From: Burkholderiales bacterium
GTDB taxonomy: Bacteria; Pseudomonadota; Gammaproteobacteria; Burkholderiales; CAIKXV01
Reading direction: 5' to 3'
Length of the DNA stretch: 42,112 nt
Assembly (NCBI GenBank): GCA_014379045.1
Contig: JACMMK010000321.1
Location: 1 to 42,112 of the forward strand
Shown one piece after another: positions 17,914 to 27,381 of the stretch. The position numbers and the translations under genes were made by a program. Each line of letters starts with the position of its first letter. Within the stretch, counting starts at the first letter, position 1. The notes beneath the pieces were generated by a model. The model was given only the letters and a program-made list of their open reading frames with translations, was not told the DNA's origin and made no database searches.

Positions 17914-18046
17914 ATTTTTGCGCTAACCTATCGTCGCGGGTATGCGGTGCCTGGCGTGGCGCTAGGCGTCGTGATGTGCGTTCAGTTTATCAGTCCCGCA
18001 TGCCACCGCCATCCCCCTCCCGCAGCACGACACTATGAGGCTCCAT

Positions 18047-18739
18047 ATGATCGATCTCTACACCTGGCCGACCCCGAACGGTCACAAGCTCCATATCGCG
18101 CTCGAAGAGATGGGATTGGCGTACACGGTGCATGCGGTCAACATTCGTACTGGCGAACAATTCCAGCCTGAGTTTCTTGCGATCAGTCCGAACAACCGGA
18201 TTCCGGCGCTAGTCGATACCGACGGCCCCGACGGCAAACCGATTTCGCTGTTCGAATCCGGCGCGATGCTGATCTATCTGGCCGAGAAGAGCGGCAAACT
18301 GCTGCCGAAGGCCGCACGCGAACGCTATGCGACGTTGCAGTGGCTGATGTGGCAGATGGGCGGCGTCGGGCCGATGTTCGGCCAGGCGAACCATTTTCGT
18401 GCGTATGCGAAGGACCCGCAGCCGTACCCGATCGAGCGCTATACCAACGAGTCGAACCGGCTCGCGCGTGTGCTCGACAAGCAACTTGCGCAGCACGCGT
18501 TCGTGACCGGCAACGACTACACGATCGCCGACATCGCCATCTTCCCGTGGATTCGCGGTTCTGAAAAACGGGGGGTGGACATCGCGACCTATCCGAACCT
18601 GCAACGCTGGTTCGATACGATCAATGCGCGACCTGCGGTCGAGCGCGCGCTGAAGGTGCTCGCCGATGCGGTCAATCCGCCGATCGACGACAAGCAGCGC
18701 GACATCATGTTCGGTGCCGCGCAGTTCGCGCAGCGCTGA
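18047..18739 (+). CDS. yfcG: Nu-class glutathione S-transferase / GSH-disulfide reductase (YfcG-like)
   Basis: Collinear with E. coli YfcG from memory: MIDLY..PTPNGHK, QFQPEFLAISPNNRIPA, SLFESGAMLIYLAEK, ATLQWLMWQMGGVGPM and YPIERY. GAGG RBS before ATG 18047. Confidence 0.9.
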   Translation: MIDLYTWPTPNGHKLHIALEEMGLAYTVHAVNIRTGEQFQPEFLAISPNNRIPALVDTDGPDGKPISLFESGAMLIYLAEKSGKLLPKAARERYATLQWLMWQMGGVGPMFGQANHFRAYAKDPQPYPIERYTNESNRLARVLDKQLAQHAFVTGNDYTIADIAIFPWIRGSEKRGVDIATYPNLQRWFDTINARPAVERALKVLADAVNPPIDDKQRDIMFGAAQFAQR

Positions 18740-18827
18740 GTCACGCCTCGTCCGTCGCTGCAGCCATCATCGGAGTCTCCCCGTGCCTGAAACGAAAAGG
18801 TCAGTGTCGATTCGAAAGCGTGGGCGG

Positions 18828-19310
18828 ATGCATCGCTGCGCCGTGACTGTTGCAGCCATCGCCATGGTGTCGCTCGCATTGGGTGTCGCCATACCGTTGC
18901 TCCCGCGCATCGCCCATGCGGTAGACACCGAGCCCGCACCGACCCAGCGCATTCACCCCGATCTGACCGCAGCACGCGCTGCGATAAAGGCGAAGGACTT
19001 CAAACGCGCCGTCACGTTGCTCGAACGGGTCGCCCGGGATGAACCGAAAAACGCCGATGCTTTCAACCTGCTCGGTTATGCGCACCGCAACCTGGGCAAT
19101 TTCGACGTTGCCATCAAGCACTATGAAACGGCGCTCACGCTCGACCCGAAGCATCTTGCGGCGCATGAGTACATCGGCGAGGCCTATCTGCAGATGAACA
19201 ACCCGGCCAAGGCCGAAGAGCATCTCACCCGTCTCGAACAACTGTGCCGGCGAGGGTGCGAGGAACTCGCCGATCTGCGTGCAAGCCTGGTGGCCTACCG
19301 TAAGAAGTGA
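18828..19310 (+). CDS. Secreted TPR-repeat protein
   Basis: Signal peptide (VTVAAIAMVSLALGVAIPLLPRIAHA) and TPR units (ADAFNLLGYAHRNLGNFDVAIKHYETALTLDPKH, AAHEYIGEAYLQMNNPAKAEEHL). ATG 18828 chosen as start; GTG 18783 is also possible. Confidence 0.75.
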   Translation: MHRCAVTVAAIAMVSLALGVAIPLLPRIAHAVDTEPAPTQRIHPDLTAARAAIKAKDFKRAVTLLERVARDEPKNADAFNLLGYAHRNLGNFDVAIKHYETALTLDPKHLAAHEYIGEAYLQMNNPAKAEEHLTRLEQLCRRGCEELADLRASLVAYRKK

Positions 19311-19319
19311 CACACGAAC

Positions 19320-20177
19320 GTGGCGGATGAACGCCTGATCGAGCGCGTGATCCCCAAGTCGGGCGAACCCGTGCCGATCATGGGTTTGGGAACGTTCCGT
19401 GCGTTCGATATCGATTCGCATTCGATGCAGTTCGAAGGTCTGACGCGGGTTCTCGCACTGTTCGGTGCACGGGGCGGACGTGTCGTAGACTGTTCACCGA
19501 TGTATGGCAAGGCCGAGGCCGTGCTGGGCGATCTTCGCGCCGGTGCCGGGGCGCCGTCCGTCCACGACATGTTCGTGGCGACGAAGGTTTGGACACAGGG
19601 CAGGGCTGAAGGGGTCGCGCAGATGGAACGCTCGATGCAGCGCCTTCGCGCACCGCGCATCGATCTGATGCAGGTGCACAACCTCGTCGACGTCACCACG
19701 CATCTGGACACGCTTGCTGCGTGGAAAGACGAAGGCCGCATCCGCTACGTCGGCATCACGCACTATCATGGCGGCGCGTTTGCCGCACTGGAGAAACTGA
19801 TGCGCACCCGCTCGATCGATTTCGTTCAGTTCAACTACAACGCGCTCGATCGCGAGGCCGAGCGGAGCCTGTTTCCCGCAGCGGCGGAGACCGGTACGGC
19901 GGTGCTCGTGAACCGCCCGCTGGGTCAAGGCGACCTCGTTGCGTCGACGCGCGGCAAGCCGGTTCCGGGCTGGGCGTCCGATGCCGGTTATCGAAGCTGG
20001 GCGCAACTCGCACTCGGCTTCGTGATCGCGAATCCGGCGGTGACCTGCGTGATCCCGGCCACCGGCGACGCCGAGCACCTTGCGGACAATCTCGATGCCT
20101 CGACGCTCAGCGACGTCCGACCCATACCCGATGCCGCGTTCGCACGACGCGTGGTGGCAGCGCTGGAGGCATTGTGA
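19320..20177 (+). CDS. Aldo/keto reductase
   Basis: LGTFRAF...DCSPMYG...ATKVW...DLMQVHN...GITHY...VLVNRPLGQG follows the AKR fold pattern. GTG start lies 9 nt after the TPR gene stop. Confidence 0.85.
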   Translation: MADERLIERVIPKSGEPVPIMGLGTFRAFDIDSHSMQFEGLTRVLALFGARGGRVVDCSPMYGKAEAVLGDLRAGAGAPSVHDMFVATKVWTQGRAEGVAQMERSMQRLRAPRIDLMQVHNLVDVTTHLDTLAAWKDEGRIRYVGITHYHGGAFAALEKLMRTRSIDFVQFNYNALDREAERSLFPAAAETGTAVLVNRPLGQGDLVASTRGKPVPGWASDAGYRSWAQLALGFVIANPAVTCVIPATGDAEHLADNLDASTLSDVRPIPDAAFARRVVAALEAL

Positions 20178-21142
20178 GCTGTGCGACCCTGATTCAGCCC
20201 TCGCCGCGTTCGACCGCTGCCCGAAGCGGCGCGGCGCACGGAAACACGCGCACATCCGCGCTGCGTGCCCTGTTCATCATTGGCCTCATTGTCATCGTAG
20301 GCGGGTGCGCGACGAGCATGCGCCTGGGCTATAACCAGGCCGAAACGCTCGTGAACTGGATGGTCTCGGATTACGTCGATTTCGACCCACAGCAGCGCGA
20401 TCTGTTCGGACAGAAGTTTCGCGCGCTCCATGCCTGGCACCGGCGCGATCAGCTTCCCGAGTACGTGCGCCTGCTGCGCGAGACGCGCAGTCGTGCCGAA
20501 GACGGGCTCAGCCGGGAAGACGTGATGTGGGTGATGGCGCGTGGGCGCGGACGACTGGACGCGATGGTCCAGCAGGGCGCGGACGACGCCGCCGAGGTGC
20601 TGTCGACCTTGACTGCCGCTCAGGTGAAGGAACTCGACGCGTCGTTCATCCGCGCCAATCGCAAGTTCATGCGCGACTGGGCGGTGGGTCGACCCGCCGC
20701 CGAGCAGCAGCGCGTGCGCGCCGAGCGCACGATCACGCAGGTCGAACGGTTCACCGGCCGTCTCAGCCGGGAGCAGAACGAACGGGTCGTCGCACTGTCC
20801 AATGCGCTGCCCCTGACCACCGACCAGCGCTTCGCGGAGCGGCAACGCCGCCAGCGCGAATTGACCGCGGCCCTGCAGTCGGGCCGCAGCCGTGACGAAC
20901 TCGCCGGTTGGTTCAGACAGTGGGCGCCGAACTGGGAACGGGGACGCGATGAGGCGTACGCGCGGACGGCCAAGATCGCGCTCGAACAGCGCACGCAGAT
21001 GTACGTCGAGATCGATCAGATGTTGACGCCCGCGCAGCGCCGGGTCGCGCTTGACCGGCTGCAGGGATATATCGACGATTTCGTGGCCCTGATTGGGAGC
21101 GACGCCGCGCAAAGGCGCGCGGCGAACCAGGCGACGAAGTAA
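20174..21142 (+). CDS. Lipoprotein (DUF6279-like, hypothetical)
   Basis: LRALFIIGLIVIVGGCATS is a lipobox, followed by MRLGYNQAETLVNWMVSDYVDFDPQQ. GTG 20174 overlaps the AKR stop (GTGA). The upstream 151 aa of the track ORF is off-frame AKR sequence. The exact start is uncertain. Confidence 0.65.
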   Translation: MSCATLIQPSPRSTAARSGAAHGNTRTSALRALFIIGLIVIVGGCATSMRLGYNQAETLVNWMVSDYVDFDPQQRDLFGQKFRALHAWHRRDQLPEYVRLLRETRSRAEDGLSREDVMWVMARGRGRLDAMVQQGADDAAEVLSTLTAAQVKELDASFIRANRKFMRDWAVGRPAAEQQRVRAERTITQVERFTGRLSREQNERVVALSNALPLTTDQRFAERQRRQRELTAALQSGRSRDELAGWFRQWAPNWERGRDEAYARTAKIALEQRTQMYVEIDQMLTPAQRRVALDRLQGYIDDFVALIGSDAAQRRAANQATK

Positions 21143-21231
21143 CGGCGGAACCCACGATCCCGGCCCCGGCGCGCGTCAAGCGTCGCGCGTCACGACCTCG
21201 TCGTGCGCCGGGGAGCACGAAGCGGCGGTGT

Positions 21232-22860
21232 ATGATTTCCTCCCCGATTCGACCGCCGGAGCTTCTCTTGGGCCATATCGACGTCTCTCTCCCGTACGCC
21301 TCGCAACGCAGTCCGGTGTTCGCGCGCAATATCGTGTCGACCTCGCAACCTCTCGCGGCGCAGGCGGGGGCGCAGATGCTGGCGCGCGGCGGCAACGCGA
21401 TCGACGCGATACTCGCGACCGCAATGACACTCACCGTAGTCGAGCCGTGCAGCAACGGTCTCGGATCCGACGCCTTCGCGCTGGTCTGGGACGGCACGAA
21501 ACTGCACGGACTCAACGCGTCGGGGCGCGCGCCGGCGGCGTGGACGCCCAAGTACTTCGAGAAGTATCAGGGCAAGATGCCCGATCGAGGCGTCGACTCG
21601 ATCACCGTGCCGGGCTGCGTATCGGCGTGGAAGATGATGTCCGAGCGCTGGGGCAAGCTGCCTTTTGCCGATCTGTTCGAACCCGCGATCCGCTACGCGC
21701 GCGATGGCTACCTGGTGTCGCCGACGATCGCCAGGCTCTGGGCGCAATCGGTCGAGGAACTCAAGAACTACCCGGGCTGGAAAGACGGGTTCATGCCGAA
21801 CGGGCGCGCGCCCAGGGCCGGCGAACTGTTCAAGTACCCCGACCAGGCGAAGACGCTCGAGGCGATTGCGGAGACCGGCGGCGAGGCCCATTACCGCGGT
21901 GAGTTGGCCGAGAAGATCGTCGCCTGGGTCAGGCAGAACGGCGGCGTGATGGATGTGGCCGACCTGGCCCGGCACGAAGCGAACTGGGTCGAACCGATCC
22001 ATGTCGATTACAACGGTTATCGGCTGCATGAGATTCCGCCGAACGGGCAAGGCATCGGCGCGCTGATCTCGCTCGGCATCCTCGCTCATTTGAATCCCGG
22101 CCAGTACGCCTGCGACTCCGCCGATCACCTGCATCTGCAAATCGAGGCAATGAAGCTCGCGTTCGCCGACATGTACGAGCACGCCGCCGACCCGGCAGCG
22201 ATGCAGGTGACATCGGTGCAGATGCTCGACTCCAATTACCTGAAGGAACGCGGGCGGGCGATCGACATGAAGCAGGCGCGCGACCCGGGGCATGGCGACT
22301 TGCCGCGCGGGGGCACGGTCTACCTCACGGCCGCCGACCAGTCCGGCATGATGGTCTCGTTCATCCAGTCGAACTTCAAGGGCTTCGGCTCAGGCGTGGT
22401 GGTACCCGGCACCGGCATCAGCCTGCAGAACCGCGGTTGGGGGTTCAAGCTGATCAAGGGGCATGCGAACGAAGTGGGTCCGCGCAAACGTCCGTTCCAC
22501 ACGATCATCCCCGGCTTCATCACGCGTGACGGCAAGCCCGTGATGAGCTTCGGCGTGATGGGTGGCTCGATGCAGGCACAAGGGCATTCGCAGATGATGC
22601 TGCGACTCGCCGACTACGCGCAGAATCCGCAGGCGATGGCCGACGGACCGCGGTGGCGCATCGACGAAGGGCTCAAGGTAGCGCTCGAACACACGTTTCC
22701 CGCCGAGGTGATCGAAGACCTCAAACGTCGCGGGCACCAGATCACGGTCACGGAACGCGGCTCGACCGATTACGGCCGGGCCCAGCTGATCCAGAAGCTC
22801 GATGACGGGTACTGCGCAGGCTCCGAACCGCGCGCCGACGGCCAAGCGGTCGGGTTCTAA
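21232..22860 (+). CDS. Gamma-glutamyltransferase-family protein (no signal peptide)
   Basis: VSTSQPLAAQAGAQMLARGGNAIDA..., the autoprocessing/nucleophile region GGTVYLTAAD, and FGVMGGSMQAQG. Confidence 0.9.
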   Translation: MISSPIRPPELLLGHIDVSLPYASQRSPVFARNIVSTSQPLAAQAGAQMLARGGNAIDAILATAMTLTVVEPCSNGLGSDAFALVWDGTKLHGLNASGRAPAAWTPKYFEKYQGKMPDRGVDSITVPGCVSAWKMMSERWGKLPFADLFEPAIRYARDGYLVSPTIARLWAQSVEELKNYPGWKDGFMPNGRAPRAGELFKYPDQAKTLEAIAETGGEAHYRGELAEKIVAWVRQNGGVMDVADLARHEANWVEPIHVDYNGYRLHEIPPNGQGIGALISLGILAHLNPGQYACDSADHLHLQIEAMKLAFADMYEHAADPAAMQVTSVQMLDSNYLKERGRAIDMKQARDPGHGDLPRGGTVYLTAADQSGMMVSFIQSNFKGFGSGVVVPGTGISLQNRGWGFKLIKGHANEVGPRKRPFHTIIPGFITRDGKPVMSFGVMGGSMQAQGHSQMMLRLADYAQNPQAMADGPRWRIDEGLKVALEHTFPAEVIEDLKRRGHQITVTERGSTDYGRAQLIQKLDDGYCAGSEPRADGQAVGF

Positions 22861-22969
22861 TACGCATTGCCGTTGCGCCGGCGACCTCACGCCTCCCCGG
22901 CGGGAGGACGACCGGCCTGTCGCGCGAGGGGCGCGGCGCCTGTATGCGCGCCGAGTGCGCGCCGGGCTA

Positions 22970-23368
22970 TTACCTCAGTTCCGCCGGAATGTTGCCGCCG
23001 TTCTGGGCGAGCTTCTGCAGCACGGTCTTATGCAACCACATGTTCATCTGCGCCGAGTCGCCCATCTTGTCTGCCGGACAGTGGAGTTCTGTCGCGAGTT
23101 CCTTGCGCGCCGCGAGGCTGCTGTCCAGACCCAACAGCTTGAGCAGATCGACGATCGAAACCTTCCAGTTGAGTTTCTCGGAGCTCGCGCTGGCCATCTT
23201 CTCGAGGTTGCCAACGACATCCACTTCACTGATTGCCGCGGGAGGCGCAGAACCCTGAGTTGACGTGGTCGCACCACCGGAAGTCGGCGTCGTCGCGGGC
23301 GTGCTCGGAGCGGGTTTGGCGTCGGTGCGAAAACCGAGCTTGGCGAGAATGCTGCTGAAAATGCTCAT
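22970..23368 (-). CDS. DUF3597-domain protein
   Basis: MSIFSSILAKLGF + Ala/Pro/Thr linker + KLNWKVSIVDLLKLLGLDSSLAARKELATEL...MNMWLHKTVLQKLAQNGG matches the DUF3597 pattern from memory. AAGGAG RBS. Confidence 0.8.
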   Translation of the reverse strand: MSIFSSILAKLGFRTDAKPAPSTPATTPTSGGATTSTQGSAPPAAISEVDVVGNLEKMASASSEKLNWKVSIVDLLKLLGLDSSLAARKELATELHCPADKMGDSAQMNMWLHKTVLQKLAQNGGNIPAELR

Positions 23369-23577
23369 TGAAACTCCTTGGGTGAGGGGACCGGGCGACA
23401 GACGTCAGTACGCGCACCCCCAGGGCGCGCGTCACATGAGACAAGCACGCATCGCGCTGCTTTGACGCAATCGTCGTGCCCCTGCTCGCGGTCGCCTGTT
23501 CGTCCCAACTCGCGCCCGTGCCGCCGGGCGGGCCTACGGGAATCGGCTGAACCCTGGACCGGCCGCGTGCGGCCTGG

Positions 23578-24570
23578 CTACTCCGCCTTCGCCCCCGAGA
23601 CCTTCACCAGCTTCCCCCACTTGTCACGCTCGGTCTTCAGATACGCCGCGAACTCGTCCGGCGTGCTGTTGACGATCGTGAACCCCTGCGCCTCGATCTT
23701 TTCACGCGATCCGGGCTCCTTCAGCACCTTGGCAATCTCGGCATTCAGACGTTCGACGATCGGACGCGACACCCCTGCAGGGCCCACCACGCCGATCCAG
23801 TTGCCGAGATCGAATCCGGCGAAGCCCGACTCGATGAACGTCGGCACGTCGGGCAGCACCGACTCGCGCTTGCTCCCCGCGACCGCGAGCGCGCGCATCT
23901 TGCCTGCCTTCACGTGCGGGATCATCTCGGGCAGATTGATGAACAGCATCTCGACATTACCCGAGATCAGGTCGACGATCGCGGGCCCGCCTCCCTTGTG
24001 CGGAACATGCACGAGATCTTTCGCGCCGAATCCCGCGAGCATCTCGGCGGCGAGGTGCCCCGGCGTGCCGATCCCCGACGACGCGTACGCGAGCTTGCGC
24101 GACTGCGACAGTGCGACCAGTTCCTTCGGTCCTTTGGCGGGAACGCCCGGATGCACAGCTAGCAATAGCGCGATCTCGGTGATGCGGATGATCGCGGTGA
24201 AGTCGCGCAGCACGTCGTAGGACAGCTTCGGATACAGGCTCGCGTTGATCGCGTGCGTCGCGCTGATGTTGCCGACCGTGTAGCCGTCGGGTGACGCGCG
24301 CGCAATGGCCTCGGCGCCGATGTTGCCGCCGGCGCCGGGGCGGTTGTCGATCAGCACCGTCTGTCCCATCGACTCCTGCAGGCGCGCGCCCAGGATACGC
24401 GCGAGGATATCGTTCGAGCCTCCTGGGGCGAACGAGATGACATAGCGGATCGGCTTGACCGGGTAGGGCTGCGGCTGCGCCCGGACAGTTGCCGCGCCGA
24501 AACCGGCACCGATCAGCGCCAACAGCACCGCGCCGCACGAAACGCGTCCTCGACGGCATCCTATCGACAT
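23578..24570 (-). CDS. Bug/TctC-family substrate-binding protein
   Basis: Signal peptide, then YPVKPIRYVISFAPGGSNDILARILG...DNRPGAGGNIG. GAGGAGAG RBS before ATG 24570. The 641-aa track ORF is an off-frame extension. Confidence 0.9.
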   Translation of the reverse strand: MSIGCRRGRVSCGAVLLALIGAGFGAATVRAQPQPYPVKPIRYVISFAPGGSNDILARILGARLQESMGQTVLIDNRPGAGGNIGAEAIARASPDGYTVGNISATHAINASLYPKLSYDVLRDFTAIIRITEIALLLAVHPGVPAKGPKELVALSQSRKLAYASSGIGTPGHLAAEMLAGFGAKDLVHVPHKGGGPAIVDLISGNVEMLFINLPEMIPHVKAGKMRALAVAGSKRESVLPDVPTFIESGFAGFDLGNWIGVVGPAGVSRPIVERLNAEIAKVLKEPGSREKIEAQGFTIVNSTPDEFAAYLKTERDKWGKLVKVSGAKAE

Positions 24571-24650
24571 CGCGACTCTCCTCTGGTTGCTGTGGAACAG
24601 GCACCGTCTTGCACGCGGTGCTGCTGCGACCGTCCCGGCTTTGGACGGCG

Positions 24651-25427
24651 TCAACTGCAGTAATCGGGGTACAGCTTCTCGACCAGCGCCCGCCCGGCGA
24701 TCCAGTCGCGACTTGCGGCATCGTACAGCCCCGGTCGCCCGAACAGCCGCGCGCGTTCCGCGCACAGCGCTTCGGACGGTACGATCAAATCGGTCCCGCC
24801 TGCCAGTGCCCCGATCTGCGCGCGACACGCGAGTTCCAGAAAGTGATTCTGTATGTAGACCTCGGGCACGTTGTGGCCGGCGACGAGCGCGCCGTGGTTG
24901 TGCAGGATCATCAGCCAGCGGTCGCCCATCGCGCGCGCAAGCCGGGTCGCGCCTTCGCGCGACGCATCGTCGCCGTCGTACGGGTAGTAAGCGATCTGCC
25001 CGTGAAAGCGCATCGCCTGCTGGGTCAGCATCTGCAGACCGGCCTTCTGCGCCGACACCGCGAGATTGCCCGGTGAATGCGTGTGCAGCACCGCATCGAG
25101 ATCGGGGCGCTCGCGCAGGACCGCGCCATGAATGTTGTACGCGGACATCGCCGCCTTCCAGGGCGAGGGTGCGACCTGGTTGCCGTCGAGGTCGTACTTG
25201 ACGAGGTTGCTCGCGGTCACCTGCTCCATGAACACATCCTGTGCCTTGACCAGGAAATGGTTCGGATTGTCCGGGCACCTGACCGAAAGATGGTTGTAGG
25301 TGAGGTCGACGAACACGAAGTGCGCGACGAGACGATGCGCGCATGCGAGTTCGCACCGAAGCGCCCACTCCGCGTCGCTGACGCTCGCGCGAATCCGGCT
25401 GCCGATGTCTGCGTCGACCGAGCCCAT
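24651..25427 (-). CDS. Class II aldolase/adducin-family protein
   Basis: TYNHLSVR..., AVLHTHSPGNLAVS and HNHGALVAGHNVPE. GGAGGA RBS before ATG 25427. Confidence 0.85.
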   Translation of the reverse strand: MGSVDADIGSRIRASVSDAEWALRCELACAHRLVAHFVFVDLTYNHLSVRCPDNPNHFLVKAQDVFMEQVTASNLVKYDLDGNQVAPSPWKAAMSAYNIHGAVLRERPDLDAVLHTHSPGNLAVSAQKAGLQMLTQQAMRFHGQIAYYPYDGDDASREGATRLARAMGDRWLMILHNHGALVAGHNVPEVYIQNHFLELACRAQIGALAGGTDLIVPSEALCAERARLFGRPGLYDAASRDWIAGRALVEKLYPDYCS

Positions 25428-25542
25428 GGTGGTTCCTCCGTTGCGACACGCCGAGCTTACTGTACCCGCGCAGCGCCGCACACCGATCCGGCAGCCCTCG
25501 CAACGACGGTGCGCGCGGCGTCCACGTTCCTTCTACGAAACG

Positions 25543-26220
25543 CTAGTGCCTCAGACACTCCCCGAGCGAACGACGCTGCACGCCCGCGCCGTCGAAGTTC
25601 GCCGCGTCGAGCCAACGCTCGTAACCCGCCTTCAGCGCGGGCCACTCCCGATCGATCATCGCAAACCACGCGGTGTCGCGATTCATGCCCTTGATCACCA
25701 TGTGCTGCCGGAACACACCTTCGAAACGGAAACCGAAACGTAGCGCTGCGCGCCGGGACGGTTCGTTGAGCGCGTCGCACTTCCACTCGTATCGACGGTA
25801 CCCCAGCGTGTCGAAGACGTACTGTGCGAACAGGAACTGCGCTTCGGTCGCGACCCTGGAGCGTGAGATGCGCGGCCCCCAGTAGATGCTGCCGATCTCG
25901 ATCACCCCATGCTGCGGCGTGATCCGCATCAGCGACTGGCGCCCCTCGGCAAGCCCGCTCGCCGCATCGACGACCGCGAAACAGACCGGATCGGCGACCA
26001 GCGCGGTCTGCGCGATCCACGCGCGCAGCGCGGCGCGATCGGCGGGCGGCTGGTCGAACAGCCAGCGGAAGCGCACCTCGACGTCGGGCACCGAACTGGC
26101 CTCGAACAGCGCATCGCCGTGACACGCATCGTCGATCGGTTCGAGACGCGTGTAGTCGCCGATCAGCGCGACGCGTTCAGGCCAGGGGGGCGGCGCGAAT
26201 CCCGCCAGTTCGGACTTCAC
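25543..26220 (-). CDS. GNAT-family N-acetyltransferase (RimJ/RimL-like)
   Basis: IEIGSIYWGPRISRSRVATEAQFLFAQYVFDTLGYRRYEWKCDALNEPSRRAALRFGFRFEG is the acetyltransferase core. GTG 26220 overlaps the COG0523 stop (GTGA). Confidence 0.8.
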   Translation of the reverse strand: MKSELAGFAPPPWPERVALIGDYTRLEPIDDACHGDALFEASSVPDVEVRFRWLFDQPPADRAALRAWIAQTALVADPVCFAVVDAASGLAEGRQSLMRITPQHGVIEIGSIYWGPRISRSRVATEAQFLFAQYVFDTLGYRRYEWKCDALNEPSRRAALRFGFRFEGVFRQHMVIKGMNRDTAWFAMIDREWPALKAGYERWLDAANFDGAGVQRRSLGECLRH

Positions 26221-27344
26221 GGGCCGTTCGCGACGGCGGGGACAGCCTCGGGCGTGGGCAGAGGTGCCACCGGCGCGGTCGCGAAGATCGCACGGAGCAG
26301 GTTCTCGATCAGCGCGCGCGGAATATTCCGGGTGATGAACACCAGGCGCGAGCGATGGTCGTCGCTCGGCCATGCATAGAGCGTGACCGGCGGGTGAAAC
26401 AGATGCTGCACCCCCTGCACGACCACCGGTCCGCGCTCGCCTTCGATATCGACGAGCCCCTTGACGCGCAGCAGGTCGGGGCCACGCAGCGACGTCAACA
26501 CCTCCATCGCGATCGAAAACGTCTTCCAGGTAAACGACTTGTCGTAGTACAGACAGAACGAATCGACCCCGGCCGTGTGCTGCCCGCGCGGACGCGGTTT
26601 GTCTGGCCGCAACGCAAACCCCGGCGCGCCGGGCGCAACGGACCCGGACCCTGCCGCTTCGATCGGCACGAACGCCTGGCTGCCGAGCCAGCGTTCGATC
26701 GCCGCTTCCGAGGCGCGCGCGTTGCGCACACCGACATCGACCAGAAACGATGGATCGAGGTCACCCATCACGCAGCGCACGATCGCGGCATGCGGATTCA
26801 ATTCGCGCAGGCGCGCTTCCAGTAGCTCGACTTCTTCGGGTGAGGCCAGATCGGTCTTGGTAATCACCAGGCGGTCGGCGATCGCCGCCTGCTTGACCGG
26901 CTCTTCCAATGTATCGAGCTGCTCGTTGCCGTTGACCGCATCGACCAGCGTGATCACCGCGTCGAGCGCGTAGGTGTTGCACACCGAGGTGTCGGTGATC
27001 ATCGTGTGGATCACCGGCGCGGGGTCGGCGAGGCCGGTAGTCTCGATCACGACGCGGTTGAAATCGATCGTCTCGCCGTTGCGCCGCTTCATCCACAGAT
27101 CTACCAGCGTCTCCTGCAGATCGCCGCGCACGCGGCAGCACAGGCAGCCATTGTCGAGCACCACCATCTGTTCGCTCGAAGTCTGGACCAGATCGTGATC
27201 GATCGATTGTTCGCCGAACTCGTTGATGATGACGGCGACCCGGTTCATGCCGGGATGACGCAGCAGCTTCCCGAGCAGTGTCGTCTTGCCGCTGCCCAGG
27301 AAGCCGGTGATCACCGATACCGGGATCTTCGCTGCTGCGCTCAT
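26217..27344 (-). CDS. COG0523-family (CobW/YjiA/YeiR-like) metallochaperone GTPase
   Basis: P-loop GFLGSGKTTLL, metal-binding GCLCC motif, ETTGLADP switch, and a CobW C-terminal domain. Confidence 0.9.
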   Translation of the reverse strand: MSAAAKIPVSVITGFLGSGKTTLLGKLLRHPGMNRVAVIINEFGEQSIDHDLVQTSSEQMVVLDNGCLCCRVRGDLQETLVDLWMKRRNGETIDFNRVVIETTGLADPAPVIHTMITDTSVCNTYALDAVITLVDAVNGNEQLDTLEEPVKQAAIADRLVITKTDLASPEEVELLEARLRELNPHAAIVRCVMGDLDPSFLVDVGVRNARASEAAIERWLGSQAFVPIEAAGSGSVAPGAPGFALRPDKPRPRGQHTAGVDSFCLYYDKSFTWKTFSIAMEVLTSLRGPDLLRVKGLVDIEGERGPVVVQGVQHLFHPPVTLYAWPSDDHRSRLVFITRNIPRALIENLLRAIFATAPVAPLPTPEAVPAVANGP

Positions 27345-27381
27345 CGTCGCTCCCCGCCGTCCCGGATCGAAGGAGATGCCG

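Noticed and set aside
19721-20173. N-terminal 151 aa of the track ORF 19721-21142
   Set aside because: It overlaps the aldo/keto reductase in another frame. The lipoprotein signal/lipobox begins just after GTG 20174, so the CDS was trimmed.
22892-22907. Hairpin cctccc-cggc-gggagg between the convergent ggt and DUF3597 genes
   Set aside because: The stem is short (6 bp) with no U-tract on either strand. This is not enough to call a terminator.
23578-25503. 641-aa minus-strand ORF
   Set aside because: This is the same artefact. The Bug protein starts at ATG 24570 with its own RBS and signal peptide. The upstream part is off-frame sequence of the class II aldolase gene.
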